A stretch of 64,000 bases of DNA, taken from positions 11,656,001 to 11,720,000 of the forward strand of contig JBHGNT010000007.1 in the NCBI GenBank assembly GCA_043228905.1, read 5' to 3'. Below the pieces are notes generated by a model. That model had not been told where the DNA came from. It searched no databases and was given only the letters and a program-made list of their open reading frames with translations. The position numbers and the translations under genes are program-made. This document shows positions 13,534-25,800 of the stretch, in pieces (positions within the stretch are counted from its first letter, which is position 1; each line of letters opens with the position of its first letter). The DNA is from Azolla caroliniana. Its lineage: Eukaryota; Plantae; Polypodiophyta.

Positions 13534-14434
13534 TGGGGGTTCCAGCGTTAGCACTTCCGGTTTCGGTTCCGGTGTCGGTAAGGTATCTGATCCTTCGTCC
13601 TCCGGTCCGCCCGGGGTTTCGTTGCTGCTACGGTAGTTCGTGTGCACGCTATATTCCCCTTCGGAGTCCGATTCATATGCTGAAAAGGCCTCTGCTTCGC
13701 CTTCTCCGTTTGCCAACGCGTGGAGAAGGGATTCGGTTTCCCAGAGGCTGCTTAGGCTGCTGCCGTCGTCCGGGTGCGATGTTTGCTGTAACCAGAGGGA
13801 GTCCTCTGCTACTCTCCGGATTACGTTGGAAAACGAGCGATCCGCTCTAATTTCCTGCGCCGCTTGCTGGAAAGCCTCGCGTCTCCTTTGCCTTTCGGCA
13901 AGGCGTCGAGTTCGATCTGTAACCAGGTCGTGCGTTGATCTAGACATCCATCCCTGCCGTCGTTCGCTGCAAAAACAGGAATCACGGTCGCCAAAAACTG
14001 TGTTAACTCTTCGGGCCGGACAATGGCCTAACACAGGGTGTCTACGGGAGACACTTCACCAAAGGGTGTTACGGCAACCGGATTAGACTTCAACGCCTAA
14101 TCTGACTTAATTAAGTTACTTATTAGGATCGTCTTTCATAACACGCATAAGATATAACAATTAAGACAAAACGGCAATTAACACAGAGAGATAACAACGC
14201 TTAAGCTTTCATTAATTAACCACTAACTATTACATTGTATTCGGGCCTTTAAATAGGTTTCCGGTCTGTATTACAAAACGGTGCCATCCGCACCTGTTCG
14301 GGATCGGTCCGGATCCAGAACGGCATACCGATTCCGGTCCGTCCGTCCACACTCATAGCTTAATTACAACCACATTCCTACTACTTAATTAGCTCTCTGT
14401 TTCCCACTCTGGACTCCTTTGCCGGCCGGTAACA
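13534..14434 (-). mobile_element. Truncated LTR element D: LTR 14067-14434 plus the start of a probable gag
   Basis: TGTTAC...GTAACA termini; minus-strand TATA-like CTATTTAAA; TGGTGAAGTG PBS-like motif 5 nt from the LTR; ORF MSRSTHDLVTDRTRRLAERQRRRE follows. Confidence 0.7.
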
Positions 14435-14449
14435 AACACTATAAAAGAG

Positions 14450-15435
14450 TGCAACAACTCGAAGCTGCATTGCAACAACAAGGATCAAGTCCCCAAGGAT
14501 TTCATAAAGAGCCAAAGATTGGACTTCCTGTGAAATTTGATGGAACGCGATCACAATTCAGGGGATTCCTTAATCAGGTACGATTAGTCCTCCAAATGCA
14601 TCCTTCCTGATACCCCACTGATGCATCCCGAGTCAGCTTAATAGGCACGTTGCTTAGCGGCTCAACCTTTGCATGGTTCGCTCCGCTTCTAGAAAAACAA
14701 TCGCCCTTGCTTAATAACTTTGAAGATTTTATTAGTGAGTTCAAAGCCTACTTTGGAGACACCGACAACATCAGGACGACGATCAACAAGATCCGGCGAT
14801 TGCGTCAAGGCGATCGTCCAGCCTCTGCCTATGCGGCAGATTTCCGCCCACTCGCTTCCGACATACCCTGGGATGATCAAGCACTAATGGAGCAGTTTCG
14901 CTCTGGCATGCGAAATGATGTCAAAGATCTACTTCTAACCTTCCCCGAAGAACCAAAGTCTCTTACGGAGGCAATCAGTCGAGCGGTCCGATGTGACAAC
15001 CGCCTCTTCGAACGGCGTTCGGAACGTCAATTACAGATACCACGCGCTAGGCCGGAGCCCACTTACGCCGCAGTCGCGGCTAGACCGTTTGCACGAGACA
15101 TACCTCAAGCAAATACTTCGACACTGATGGAGATCGATACCATGCATCGACGCGGCCCGTTATCGGAAGAAGAAAAGCAACAACGACGTGCAAATCGATT
15201 ATGTCTTTATTGCGGTGGACCAGGGCATATCGCAATCAATTGTCCCCATAGGCCAAGAAGACAGGTAAATCAAATTGTAGCCTGTACTAAACCCGAGTCA
15301 ATTCTTCCCTTAGGAGTGTCTGATAGTATTAATAGTACTAATAGAGTGTTTGATAGTATTCATAGTACTAATAGCCCAAGTATCTCAAATAAATTTGAAA
15401 TCCTTAGTCAATTAGATGAAGAGTTAAACGATTGA
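14450..15435 (+). pseudogene. gag of element C (PEG10/RTL/Tcn1-type capsid plus zinc knuckle), one internal stop at ~14608
   Basis: PVKFDGTRSQFRGFLNQ, LRQGDRPASAY, MEID, CLYCGGPGHIAINC. Confidence 0.88.
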
Positions 15436-15477
15436 GTCCAGCCAAAATAGGAGCCATTTGGTTGGACAACAGCCCTA
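15423..15477 (+). promoter_or_regulatory. Probable -1 programmed ribosomal frameshift signal: slippery G TTA AAC plus hairpin/pseudoknot
   Basis: Heptamer is in phase with gag; pol is in the -1 frame and open from the heptamer; 6-nt spacer; stem GTCCAGCCAAA/TTTGGTTGGAC. Confidence 0.8.
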
Positions 15478-18400
15478 GATCTGTACAGCCCATTAGTGGT
15501 TCCATTCCTTCCAAGCAAGTTAGCAATGTGTTCCTAGCCCAAGTCATTGTTAGTACTAAAAGTACTCCCCCAGTACCCGTCCTAGCACTTTTAGATTCCG
15601 GAGCTAATTCCTGTTTCATGGATCGAAATTTTGCCCAAGCTTCTCAGATATCCTTAAGAAAACTTCCTTGTCCCGCATCTATAGTAGTCATTGATGGTTG
15701 TCCCATTGCTTCCGGGAATATTGTAGAAAAATCAGAACCCATTCAAGTTGTCCTAGGTAGTTTTGTGTGTGTAGTATCATTTAATATAATTAGTAGTCCA
15801 GAGCATCCCATTGTCCTAGGATTACCTTGGTTTGAATTACATAATCCAGCCATAGATTGGAGAACAAGAGAAGTTCGATATCGACAACCCCAAGAATCAA
15901 CTCACCAAGTTTCAACCATTTCACTCCATCAACTACGCGAAGAAGGACCCAAGGAGGCAATGTTCCTATTTGCAATATCAGTACATCCTTCCAGCACTAT
16001 TAAGAAGGACTCCTCAGTACAACTTCTAGCAAAATATCATCCTTATGCCGATGTATTTGACAAGGTAAAAGCCGGTACCCTTCCTCATCACCGTCCCTAT
16101 GACTGTCCCATCGATTTACAACCAGGAACCGAGCCACCATGGGGACCAATTTACAACTTGTCACCCACCGAGTTAGAAGTCCTTCGAGCCTACATAGAGG
16201 AGAACTTGGCAAGCGGGTTCATCCGCCATTCGAAATCTCCGGCCGGTGCACCCATCTTCTTTGTCAAGAAGAAAGATGGCTCACTTCGTCTTGTCGTTGA
16301 TTACCGCGGATTGAATAAAGTCACCATCCGGAATAGGTATGCACTTCCTCTTATATCAAGTCTTTTAGAGCGAGTTAATGGTGCCAAGTTTTTTACTAAA
16401 ATCAACCTACGAGGAGCGTATAACCTCGTGCGGATCCGACCGGGAGATGAGTGGAAGACCGCCTTTCGCACGCGGTATGGGCATTTCGAGTATACTGTTA
16501 TGCCGTTTGGCCTAACCAATGCACCCGCAGTCTTCCAACACATGGCAAATGATATATTCAGAGACCTCTTGGATATCTGTTTGATCATTTATCTGGATGA
16601 TCTATTGATTTATTCGAAGACCCAGGAAGAGCACGATTCTCATGTACTATTAGTACTAAAGTGACTCCGCGAGAATGGTCTTTATGCCAAGCTAGAAAAA
16701 TGTAGCTTTGATTGCAAGCAAGTGGAATTTCTAGGCTACGTCATCTCCTCAAAGGGCATCGCCATGGATCCAGCTAAAATCCAAACTGTACTAGAGTGGC
16801 AAATTCCACGGTCGGTACGAGATGTACAATGTTTTCTAGGTTTTGCTAACTTCTACCGTAAGTTTATACAGGATTACTCGAAGATTATTTTACCTCTCAC
16901 ACAACTTACGAAGAAGGGCCAAGCATTTCTTTGGTCCATAGAAGCAGATATGGCTTTTCGGCATCTTAAGAAAGCCTTTACATCAGCACCGATTCTAGCT
17001 CATGTGGATACAAGCAAACCATTCATCATGGAGGCCGACGCATTAGATTTCGCCCTTGGTAGCATCCTTTCTCAACAAGGCGATAAAGAAGAGTTGCATC
17101 CGGTGGCTTTCCATTCGCGGAAATTCGATGTCGCAGAAATTAACTACGAAATACATGACAAGGAGTTATTAGCCATCGTGGATTCATTTGTACAATGGCG
17201 GCATTTCTTAGAGGGATCTCCACATCAGGTCATTGTCTTCAGAATGCTCGCGTACTAAATCGACGGCAAGCTCGGTGGGCGCAATTCCTCATGCGTTTCG
17301 ACTTCAAAATCACATATCGATCGGGGAAGCAGCAAGGAAAAGCAGATGCACTATCACGGCGTTCATATCTTGCACCTCGTCCTGGTGACACAACATTTGA
17401 TAATCAAAAGCAAATAATCTTGGGACCAACACGATTGCACACGACGCGGATTTTTCACACCTCGATGGATTCACGGATTACCGATGACATACGTGTAACC
17501 TTGAAGACGGATAGTTTTGCTCAAGACATCCTGGCGCACATTGATACTTCTCGGGCATCCTGTTCTCAGTCTCAACAACAAGGTATTGACTACCGACAAT
17601 TCGAATATCATGATGGTTTGTTATTCTTTAAAAAGCGCATATATGTCCCCGATTGCTCCTGTCGCCTTCAAAGCGCATATATATACGGCGAGACATTTCG
17701 GTAGTACTAAGACGTTGGAGCTAGTGCAACGATCTTTTTGGTGGCCCCACATGCGCCGTTTTGTCGACGACTACGTTCGGACCTGTGATGCTTGCTGCCG
17801 AGCAAAGATGCCACGACACCATCCATATGGCTTGTTGGAACCCTTACCGATTCCAAGTAAGCCGTGGTAGTCTATTTGTCTTGATTTTATCACAGATCTG
17901 CCGGTCTCGAAGGGGTTCGATGCTATCCTAACCATTGTCGATCAATATACGAAGATGGCACATTTTGTGCCATGTACTAAAGCCATCACTAGCGAGGAAA
18001 CCGCCGCTCTTGTTATGTGTGAGGTATTTCGGCATCATGGCCTCCCAAACATTATTATCAGTGATCGAGGCCCGCAATTTGTCTCCAAATTTTGGCAGCA
18101 TCTCTTCAAGATGCTCAAGGTCTCCTGCAACCTCTCCTCCGGCTACCATCCTCAGACCAACGGGCAGGCGAAATGAACAAACCAAACGCTGGAGCAATAT
18201 CTCCGGTGTTTCTTGAGTTATCAACAGGACGATTGGGCCGAGATTCTCCACTTTGCGGAGTTTGCGTATAAAAATGCTATTCACTCCTCGACTCGGGTCT
18301 CCCCATTTTTCGCTTATACCGGTTTCCATCCTCGCTGGTCGGTGATCGACACTCCGGAGCTACCTACCAACCCTCGTGCCGAGGATCATTTGGAGAGGCT

Positions 18401-18960
18401 ACGCAAGATCCAAATGGATCTCTCTACTCACCTTCGTCATGCTCAACACACACAGAAGACTTATGCGGATCGTCATCGAATTCCCTCCTCTTTTGCCATC
18501 GGAGATCGAGTATGGCTCTTACGTCATCACATCAAGACTACTTGACCGTGCGACAAGTTGGATTATCGACGACTCGGTCCCTTCCGTATTACGGGTAAGA
18601 TTAATGATGTCACCTTCCGCCTTGATCTCCCTCCGCCGCTTCAGATACATCCGATTTTCCATTGTTCTCTTCTTGAACCTTATAAAGCCAACACCATTCC
18701 CGATCGTGCGACACCACCGCCGCCCCCGCTGGAGTTGGACGCCGGCCCGGAGTATGAAGTTGCTGCCATCCTCGATTCCAAACTTGTTCGCAACAAACTT
18801 TATTACTTGGTGGATTGGCTCGGTTATAGTCCAAGTGAACGTACTTGGGAACCCGTCGAGCATGTTGCCAATGCTTAGGATCTTCTTGCTGATTTCCAGC
18901 AAAAGTATCCGGACAAATCCCGTCCGCAATGAACGCTGACTCGTTCCACTCGTCGTCTTT
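15432..18960 (+). pseudogene. pol of element C (PR, RT, RNase H, integrase, chromodomain) with stops and frameshifts
   Basis: ALLDSGA, YLDD, EADALDFALG, SDRGPQF, GPF, YEVAAILDSK..YLVDWLGY..TWEP (class I chromodomain). Confidence 0.92.
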
Positions 18961-18973
18961 AAGGGGGAGATAG

Positions 18974-19506
18974 TGTCATGATATGGCAAGACTCGAACCC
19001 ATGACCTTATGCTACATGGGTCGAGCTCTTACCATTAGACTATGAATTGTAATACGTAGGATATTATTTTCATTTATGTTTTATCATAGAAAATTGATGT
19101 ATATTCCAGATCTCTCTGGAACATTCTCGAAGCTTCAGGATTATTCCTGAGAACACTATAAAAGAGGGCAGTAGGCATTATGTTGAACCAAATTGGTTCA
19201 ACACCAGTCTTAAGCCTCTTAGCCGATTTGTACTTATCTTTCATATAATATAAGAGCTGTTGTCATCATCTTATCTCTCTCTCTCCTCTTCTCACTTCCT
19301 CTCTCTCGGGAATATTACGCAGTCCCGTCCTCTTAGTACTAATAGTACTACTCTTCTTAGTACTAATTCCATCTCGGCTTTAGTACTATTCCTGACAGTT
19401 ATCGATCGTAGAGTAGTGATCCGGTCAAGGGATTTTCGACCGACGAGACGACCGATGGAGTTCCGGTCGACGAGAGTTTCCATGGCAAGTGGGTTTGACG
19501 TGCGAT
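18974..19506 (+). repeat. 3' LTR of element C (interrupted by E; remainder at 28880-28892)
   Basis: Follows the PPT; TATA CTATAAAAG at ~19156. Confidence 0.85.
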
Positions 19507-19963
19507 TGTTAATCGGCTAATTACTAACTACTACCGATACAGAAGAGTGAACGTCGCTACTCAACGTTCTAACAAGGAATTGTGTTTTACGAACGGAATT
19601 ATACTATATTAATCGGTAATTACGGTGATCGTTACTTAGTTATAAATTAGGAAGCTTGCACTTAACAACATAGACAATAGAAAGAACACAGAATCCGTAC
19701 AGGATATTCCTAACTTAAACTTATATTACTAAATAAAACGACCCTTCTTACAATGCCTTCGGTTCCCTTTTATAGGTATACCCAAGGTCTTTTCTCATCA
19801 AGAACTATTCCTACCTACTATCAAGAATTACAAAATTATCTAACTAACTTAGTTCTCTTCGTTTACTGCTGAGTCATTGATCCGAACAGTCGATCCGAAC
19901 CGACTCCGTTTTCGACGCTTTCCCACTTGTTCGGTAAAACTGACTGTCCGGGTCCGGGTAACA
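19507..19963 (-). repeat. 3' LTR of element E
   Basis: TGTTA...TAACA; direct repeat of 28418-28874. Confidence 0.96.
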
Positions 19964-20007
19964 CTTGGCACGTCCGTGGGCCAGGACCTTGTCCAGCGAA
20001 CCCACGC

Positions 20008-22668
20008 CTATTCCTGTAGCTCTTCATCCGAATCGTTCAGAATATCAAAAATCGAAGGCTCTTCTGGCCTTGGATGTATTCCCTCTATATCTTCCTCTTC
20101 TTCTGTGTCACAGTCATCATTCGGAGCAGGTTTTGAATGTTGTGATTCGGTTGGCTGCTCTGGTTCACTTCTTCCAGGAGTTTGAAGACCAGGAGTCTTG
20201 CTGGTTCTTTCAGCTTCAATTTTATCCAACTGAACGGAAGTGCCTATATCATGTTTGTCGAATTCTTGCATAATACGTTGAATTTCTTCTCTGTAAAATG
20301 CCGCAATTTCGTCCATATCTTTCATGATATCCTCTTGGATATTGTCAATATCCTTTTGTGCTATTTTAAAAAAACCTGCACCTTGGACCTGACGGTTATT
20401 TTTGTCGGCACGCAATAACTGTAATTCCGCCGCTTGTGCCGTCCATAACTTCCATCCTTGCGCAAGGGATTCATTGATCATTTCCTTTGCTAGGTTTCGA
20501 TGTTTCCCTATGATGCGTTGCACTTTGTCCCTAGTGATGCTTGCGACGAATTGAGCGGCTTGCAACTCTTTCCGTAAATCCGTAATAGTGGCTCGGTTTT
20601 CACTTTCAGCCCGCATTAGTTTGGATTCGACTACATATATGTCCAGCCGCCTTTGTTCCGATATCTTCCGAATTTCGTTTAGTTGTTGTTCGAATGTCGA
20701 TTTCTCTTTGCTCCATTCCTCCTGGTGTTCCGTAATTCTTCTGTTGACTTCTTCAAGACTCCGCTCTTTTTCTGTCAATTGACTTTCCTGTGACACTATA
20801 TACCTTTCGAATTCTTCAATTTGTTCGGTATATGTATGATTGGCCGTCTTAGCTTCTTCCAGATTTTTCTGTAATTCGTTTATTAATTGATTTTTTTCTT
20901 CGAGAACTTTGTATTGGCCATTCTGAATGGTTTCTATTTGTTTTTCTAATTCTGTAGTTCGAAATACAACATTGTTGGCCCTTGTTGTTTCTGCTTATCG
21001 TGCTTTCTTAGCATCCTCCAATTTCTGCTGCCATTCTGACTCCGACGCCATAAGTCGTGCTTGCATTTCCCATTTGTTTAGACTTTCTTTTAGTTCTTTA
21101 TTTTCTACCTGTATGTTACAAAACTGATGTTTCAACACCTCCGCCGATGCTGATACACTTTTGTATCTTTCTGCCATATCACTGGCTGCTTTGCGTGCCG
21201 TTTCATATTCTTTATGAATTTCGACCAGTGCTTCATGTAATGGTGGCATTTCAATAGCCTCCCCTCTATTCTGTGCACTTCTTTTCCGGCTGATTTTCTC
21301 TATCTCTGCTTTTTCTTGAGGTTCCAACACTCCTCGTAAGGCTTTCTGTATCATTATTCGGTCATTATGTTCTTGAGCCAGCCGTTCTGATACTTTTGTC
21401 AATCTTTTAGCCAACCATTCAACCAGTTCGTATGAAGTTTCGAACTGTAAAATGACAGCTAATTCATGTGCTGCTGGTGGAATATCCAAGTACCCATGTG
21501 CTTCCCGAATTGCTACTTTTGAAGATTGGCCTTGTTGAGGTTGTGTCGAAATGCTCTCATTCCCTGGTTTTATTACTTCTGCTACTACAGGCGTATTCGA
21601 ATTTTCCTTTGTGCATTGCCTTTTCGGTGCTGACCCATCACTGTTTTCTGGTTGGAATTGCCTATTAGCCTTTTGTTTAACCCTTGTCCTTTGTCGCATC
21701 TTCTCTGGTTGTTGTCGATTTTCTGTCGGCTGCTGCTTGTTTATCAAATGGTCAACTGTTTCTTGTTCGGCTGCTGGTTGCCTGTTTTCGGAATTCTCTG
21801 GTCTTGGTGGTTCCGACTGAGGCGTATCCGTTTGTATATTATCGGTATGTGCCGATTCTTCCTCTATCCATTCTTCATGTACTACCTGTCGGTGTCTTCG
21901 CGGTGCTTGTACTATCGGTGGTCTTCTTGACTGAACAGGAATTTCCGATTCTTGAATCGGAAACAATATCGATAGGCAACGACCAAAAATTTGCTTCATT
22001 GGTTTTCCTGTTTTCACCCCTTGTAGCTGCTCTCTCAGAGCTTCCCCCGACAATAGTGGCCAGTTGAAATCCTCCTTTTCGTATGTGGCTATGATAAACC
22101 CAGCCCTTTTTTTCGGCATACAATAAAAACGGGGACTGACAAATCCCACCTCTAGTAAAAATCTAGCCACTTCATGGAAAAACTCATCCCGACCTCCATA
22201 AGTCTGATATGCTTTTGCCGAGGGTGAGTATTCCCCGAAATACGATTGGAGTGCTTCTGATGAAGGTTTTTTAACTGCCTCAAAGCCTCCTCTTGGCATC
22301 TGTAATGCATTTCGTATTTTCTTTGTGGTGACCTTGGTGATGTCTAACTGTTGTACCAATTCTTCCGCCTGCGGATGAGGTTCCGCTTCTGCTACTTTGA
22401 TGAAACCTTGTAAGTTTCTCTCATGAAGCCATAGTCGCAGTTCTTCAGACACAGGAATCGGCATGACTTCTGTGTTTGCTTGTTCTGAATCACTTGTCGA
22501 TGACGGTTGGAGATCTGCACAGCTTCTGTAGCGATGAAAATCAGAAAAACAGAGTTTGGGCGAACTAGGGCACGAAGGCTCAGACTGTTTCGATATCTGC
22601 ACTCGTTTCTGTTGTTTTGGCGACACAGACGATACAGAAATATGCTTTAAAGATATTAACTTATGCAT
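20008..22668 (-). pseudogene. ORF3 of element E (~886 codons): globular N-terminus, disordered linker, long coiled coil, acidic tail; one in-frame TAA at 20995
   Basis: ORFs 20995-22668 and 20008-20796 share a frame and the intervening codons read open; E/K/Q/L heptad-like composition. Confidence 0.8.
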
Positions 22669-22873
22669 TATGACTAAAGAATAGTAATTGCTATTAATGT
22701 AGGAATTAATTAGTATTAACTCTACGTGTAGTGGTTGTACTACTTACTAATAATCATGCAATTCCTCTTTCTATTTATAGTCGATTCAGACTGTTATGGC
22801 AAGATTGTATTTCTGCATTTGACAAGAACTATTGAGTGAGTTAGTTAGTTATTTTATTTTATTTTTATTTTTT

Positions 22874-25800
22874 TTACTCTTCTGTTTGAATAAACGGATT
22901 TACCGGCATATCTCCCAAATACGGTTTAAGCCGGAATCCATTTACCCATTTCGGTAAAACCTCTCCGGTTAATGATCCTAGCTGATACGTACCATTTTTA
23001 CTATTAATTATCCATACTGGACCTGTCCATCTATACCGGAGTTTCCTAGGCATAAGTCCCATTCTCGTTTGGAATACCAATACCGGTTTCCCAATTTCGA
23101 ATTGCTCTTCCGATTTCCTTCGATGTCGATTTACGAATGCCTTGATTTGTCTCTGCTTGTGTTCTAGTGCTGACATTGATTGAATCCGTTCTTCTTCTAA
23201 TACTAATAAAGCCTCTTTGCGTATCTCCTCCGATTCTATTTCATTTAACTTATTCGTCGCTTGGATACGAAGTGTCGGAATTTGAAATTCGATCGGCATA
23301 ACGGCTTCAAGTCCGAATGCCATTCGGAAAGGTGTTGATTTAATGGATGTTTTGTACGAAGTACGATATGCCCATAATGCACTATTTAACTTTTGATCCC
23401 AATCAGTACGATTTTCATTCACTATCTTCTTTAAAATTGTTTGAATTGTTTTATTTGTCGATTCTGCCAATCCATTAGCTTGGGGATAGTAAGGCGTACT
23501 TTTCTTATGAACTACGGCATAGTAATTGGTTAATTCGTTAATTAACTTGTTAATAAAATGAGTGCCTTGATCGCTTACCAATTCTATTGGGCAACCGAAT
23601 CGACACCATATATTTTCATACAGGAATTTTGCTGTGGATGCTGCTGTATTGTCCCTGAGAGCTTTTGCTTCAACCCATTTTGTGCAATAGTCAGTCGCAA
23701 TTATGATATATCGATTACCGGTTCTTGCAGTTGCTGGTTTGAATGGGCCAACAAAATCTAAGCCCCATTTCTGAAATGGCTCAAGAGGTAAAACCGGTTG
23801 AAAAGGCATTCGATCCTTTTCGGTCGGTTGCCCCATTCTTTGACACAAATCACATTTCTTACAGTATTCATTAGCATCTTTCATCACCGTTGGCCACCAT
23901 AACCCGCTATTCCATATTTTTCTGGCTGTTGCTTCTCCTGCGTAATGACCGCCAGCAATTCCACAATGTGACTCTGTTAATATGGCTGATTTTTCAAATT
24001 TCCGTACTGCCCTTCGCCATATTCCATCCGCTCCTTTATGATACAACATGTCATTAAACAAACAAAAATTTCGACTTCGTACTGCAATTCTTTTTCTTTC
24101 ATCTGTCGACATGTGTTCGGCCGGAATTCCTGTTGATAGAAATATCGTCATTTCGGAAATCCATTCATCCTCTTTTTCCTCATTCACTTCTTGTGCTTTT
24201 ACTGCCTCAACCTGAAATAATTGAGTATCTGGAAAATCATCTTTAACCCCAACCGCTTCTTCTCCAGACTCAAGCCGACTGAGATAGTCAGCAATCGCGT
24301 GTTGTGCTCCTGGTCGATGTATAATGTCGAATTCAAACTCTTGAAGCAATAACGTCCATCTGGCTAACTTGCCTGTCAATTCTTGTTTGGAAACTAGATA
24401 CAGTAGAGCCGAATGATCCACATGAAATGTAAATTTCTTACCCAAAAGGTAATGTCGAAATTTGTTCACACTATATATCATTCCCAAAGCTTCTCTTTCG
24501 GTTGTTGAATAGTTTCTTTCGGCCGACGAAAGTTTCCTACTGGCATAGTATACCGGCCTATACCAGTTTGGTTCGGATAATTGCATTAAAGCACTGCCTA
24601 TGGCAATGTCCGACGCATCGACGAAAACATGAAATGGTTTGTTCCAGTCCGGTGGTTGAACTACCGGAACCTTTGTCAGCATCTTCTTGAGACATTCGTA
24701 TGCATCTTGTTCTATACTTGTCCATATAAAAGGAATTTTGTGTACTGCTGTGTGTAACGGAATAGCAATGTCTGCTAGATATCTCATCATTCTACTGTGC
24801 CACCGAATTTGACCCAAAAATCTACTTAGAGCTTTAGCATTTGTTGGTGGTGTTGCCTCAATAATTGCTTTAACTTTGTCTGGGTCCACTGCAATCCCTT
24901 CTTGACTGACAATATGCCCAAGTAACGTACCACTCATTACTCCGAATGCGCACTTGGCTGGATTTAAGCTAAGACGCCCTTTTCGACATTTTTCTAAACA
25001 TAGCCGTAAATGCTCAAAATGATCAGCTTTCCGACTATATACCGCAAAATCATCTAAAAACACCTGCATGAAAGCTGGAATATATTCCCCGAATATTTCC
25101 TGTATTACCCGCTGAAATGTAGCTGGAGCTGTTTTTAAACCGAACATCATTACTACTGCCACAAAGACACCCCATTCTGTGACGAAAGCTGTCTTTTCCT
25201 GATCTTCCGGATTCATCCGTACTTGGTTGTACCCACTGAACCCATCCAAGAAACTATACATTTCATGTCCCGCTACTGCATCTAATATCCCATCTGTGAA
25301 TGGCAACGGAAACGCATCCGTAATTGTCGCTGCATTCAATTTTCTGTAATCCACACATACGTGAATTTTCCCATTCTTTTTCGGGACTACTACTATCGGA
25401 CTCAGCCATGTTGATTTTTTGACGGGTCGAATAAATCCTACTTTTAAGAGTTTATCGATTTCTTCTTTTACTTTGATAGCATAATTCGGATTCAACCTGT
25501 ACCTGCGTTGTTGTACTGGCTTTGCATCTTTATGCAAATTGATTTGATGTTGACAAAAAGCGAGATCCAGACCTTTCATATCGTCAAACGACCATGCAAA
25601 AACATCTTTATATTGTAATAGTAATGTTGTTAATGTCCGTTTGTCATTTTCCGCCAAATCTCTAGCAATCAAGACTGTTTTTCTTTCAGCATCCTCTACT
25701 CCTGCCAAATCGATCTCCTCCAATGCTGAGGCTTGCACTCTCTGAGATACCTTCATTTCCTTATCTGTAGCTTCTTGTTGCATTCGTATTTCTTTCATTG

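Noticed and set aside
20008-22668. Envelope gene / endogenous retrovirus
   Set aside because: No signal peptide or hydrophobic transmembrane stretch is visible; the protein is hydrophilic and coiled-coil-like.
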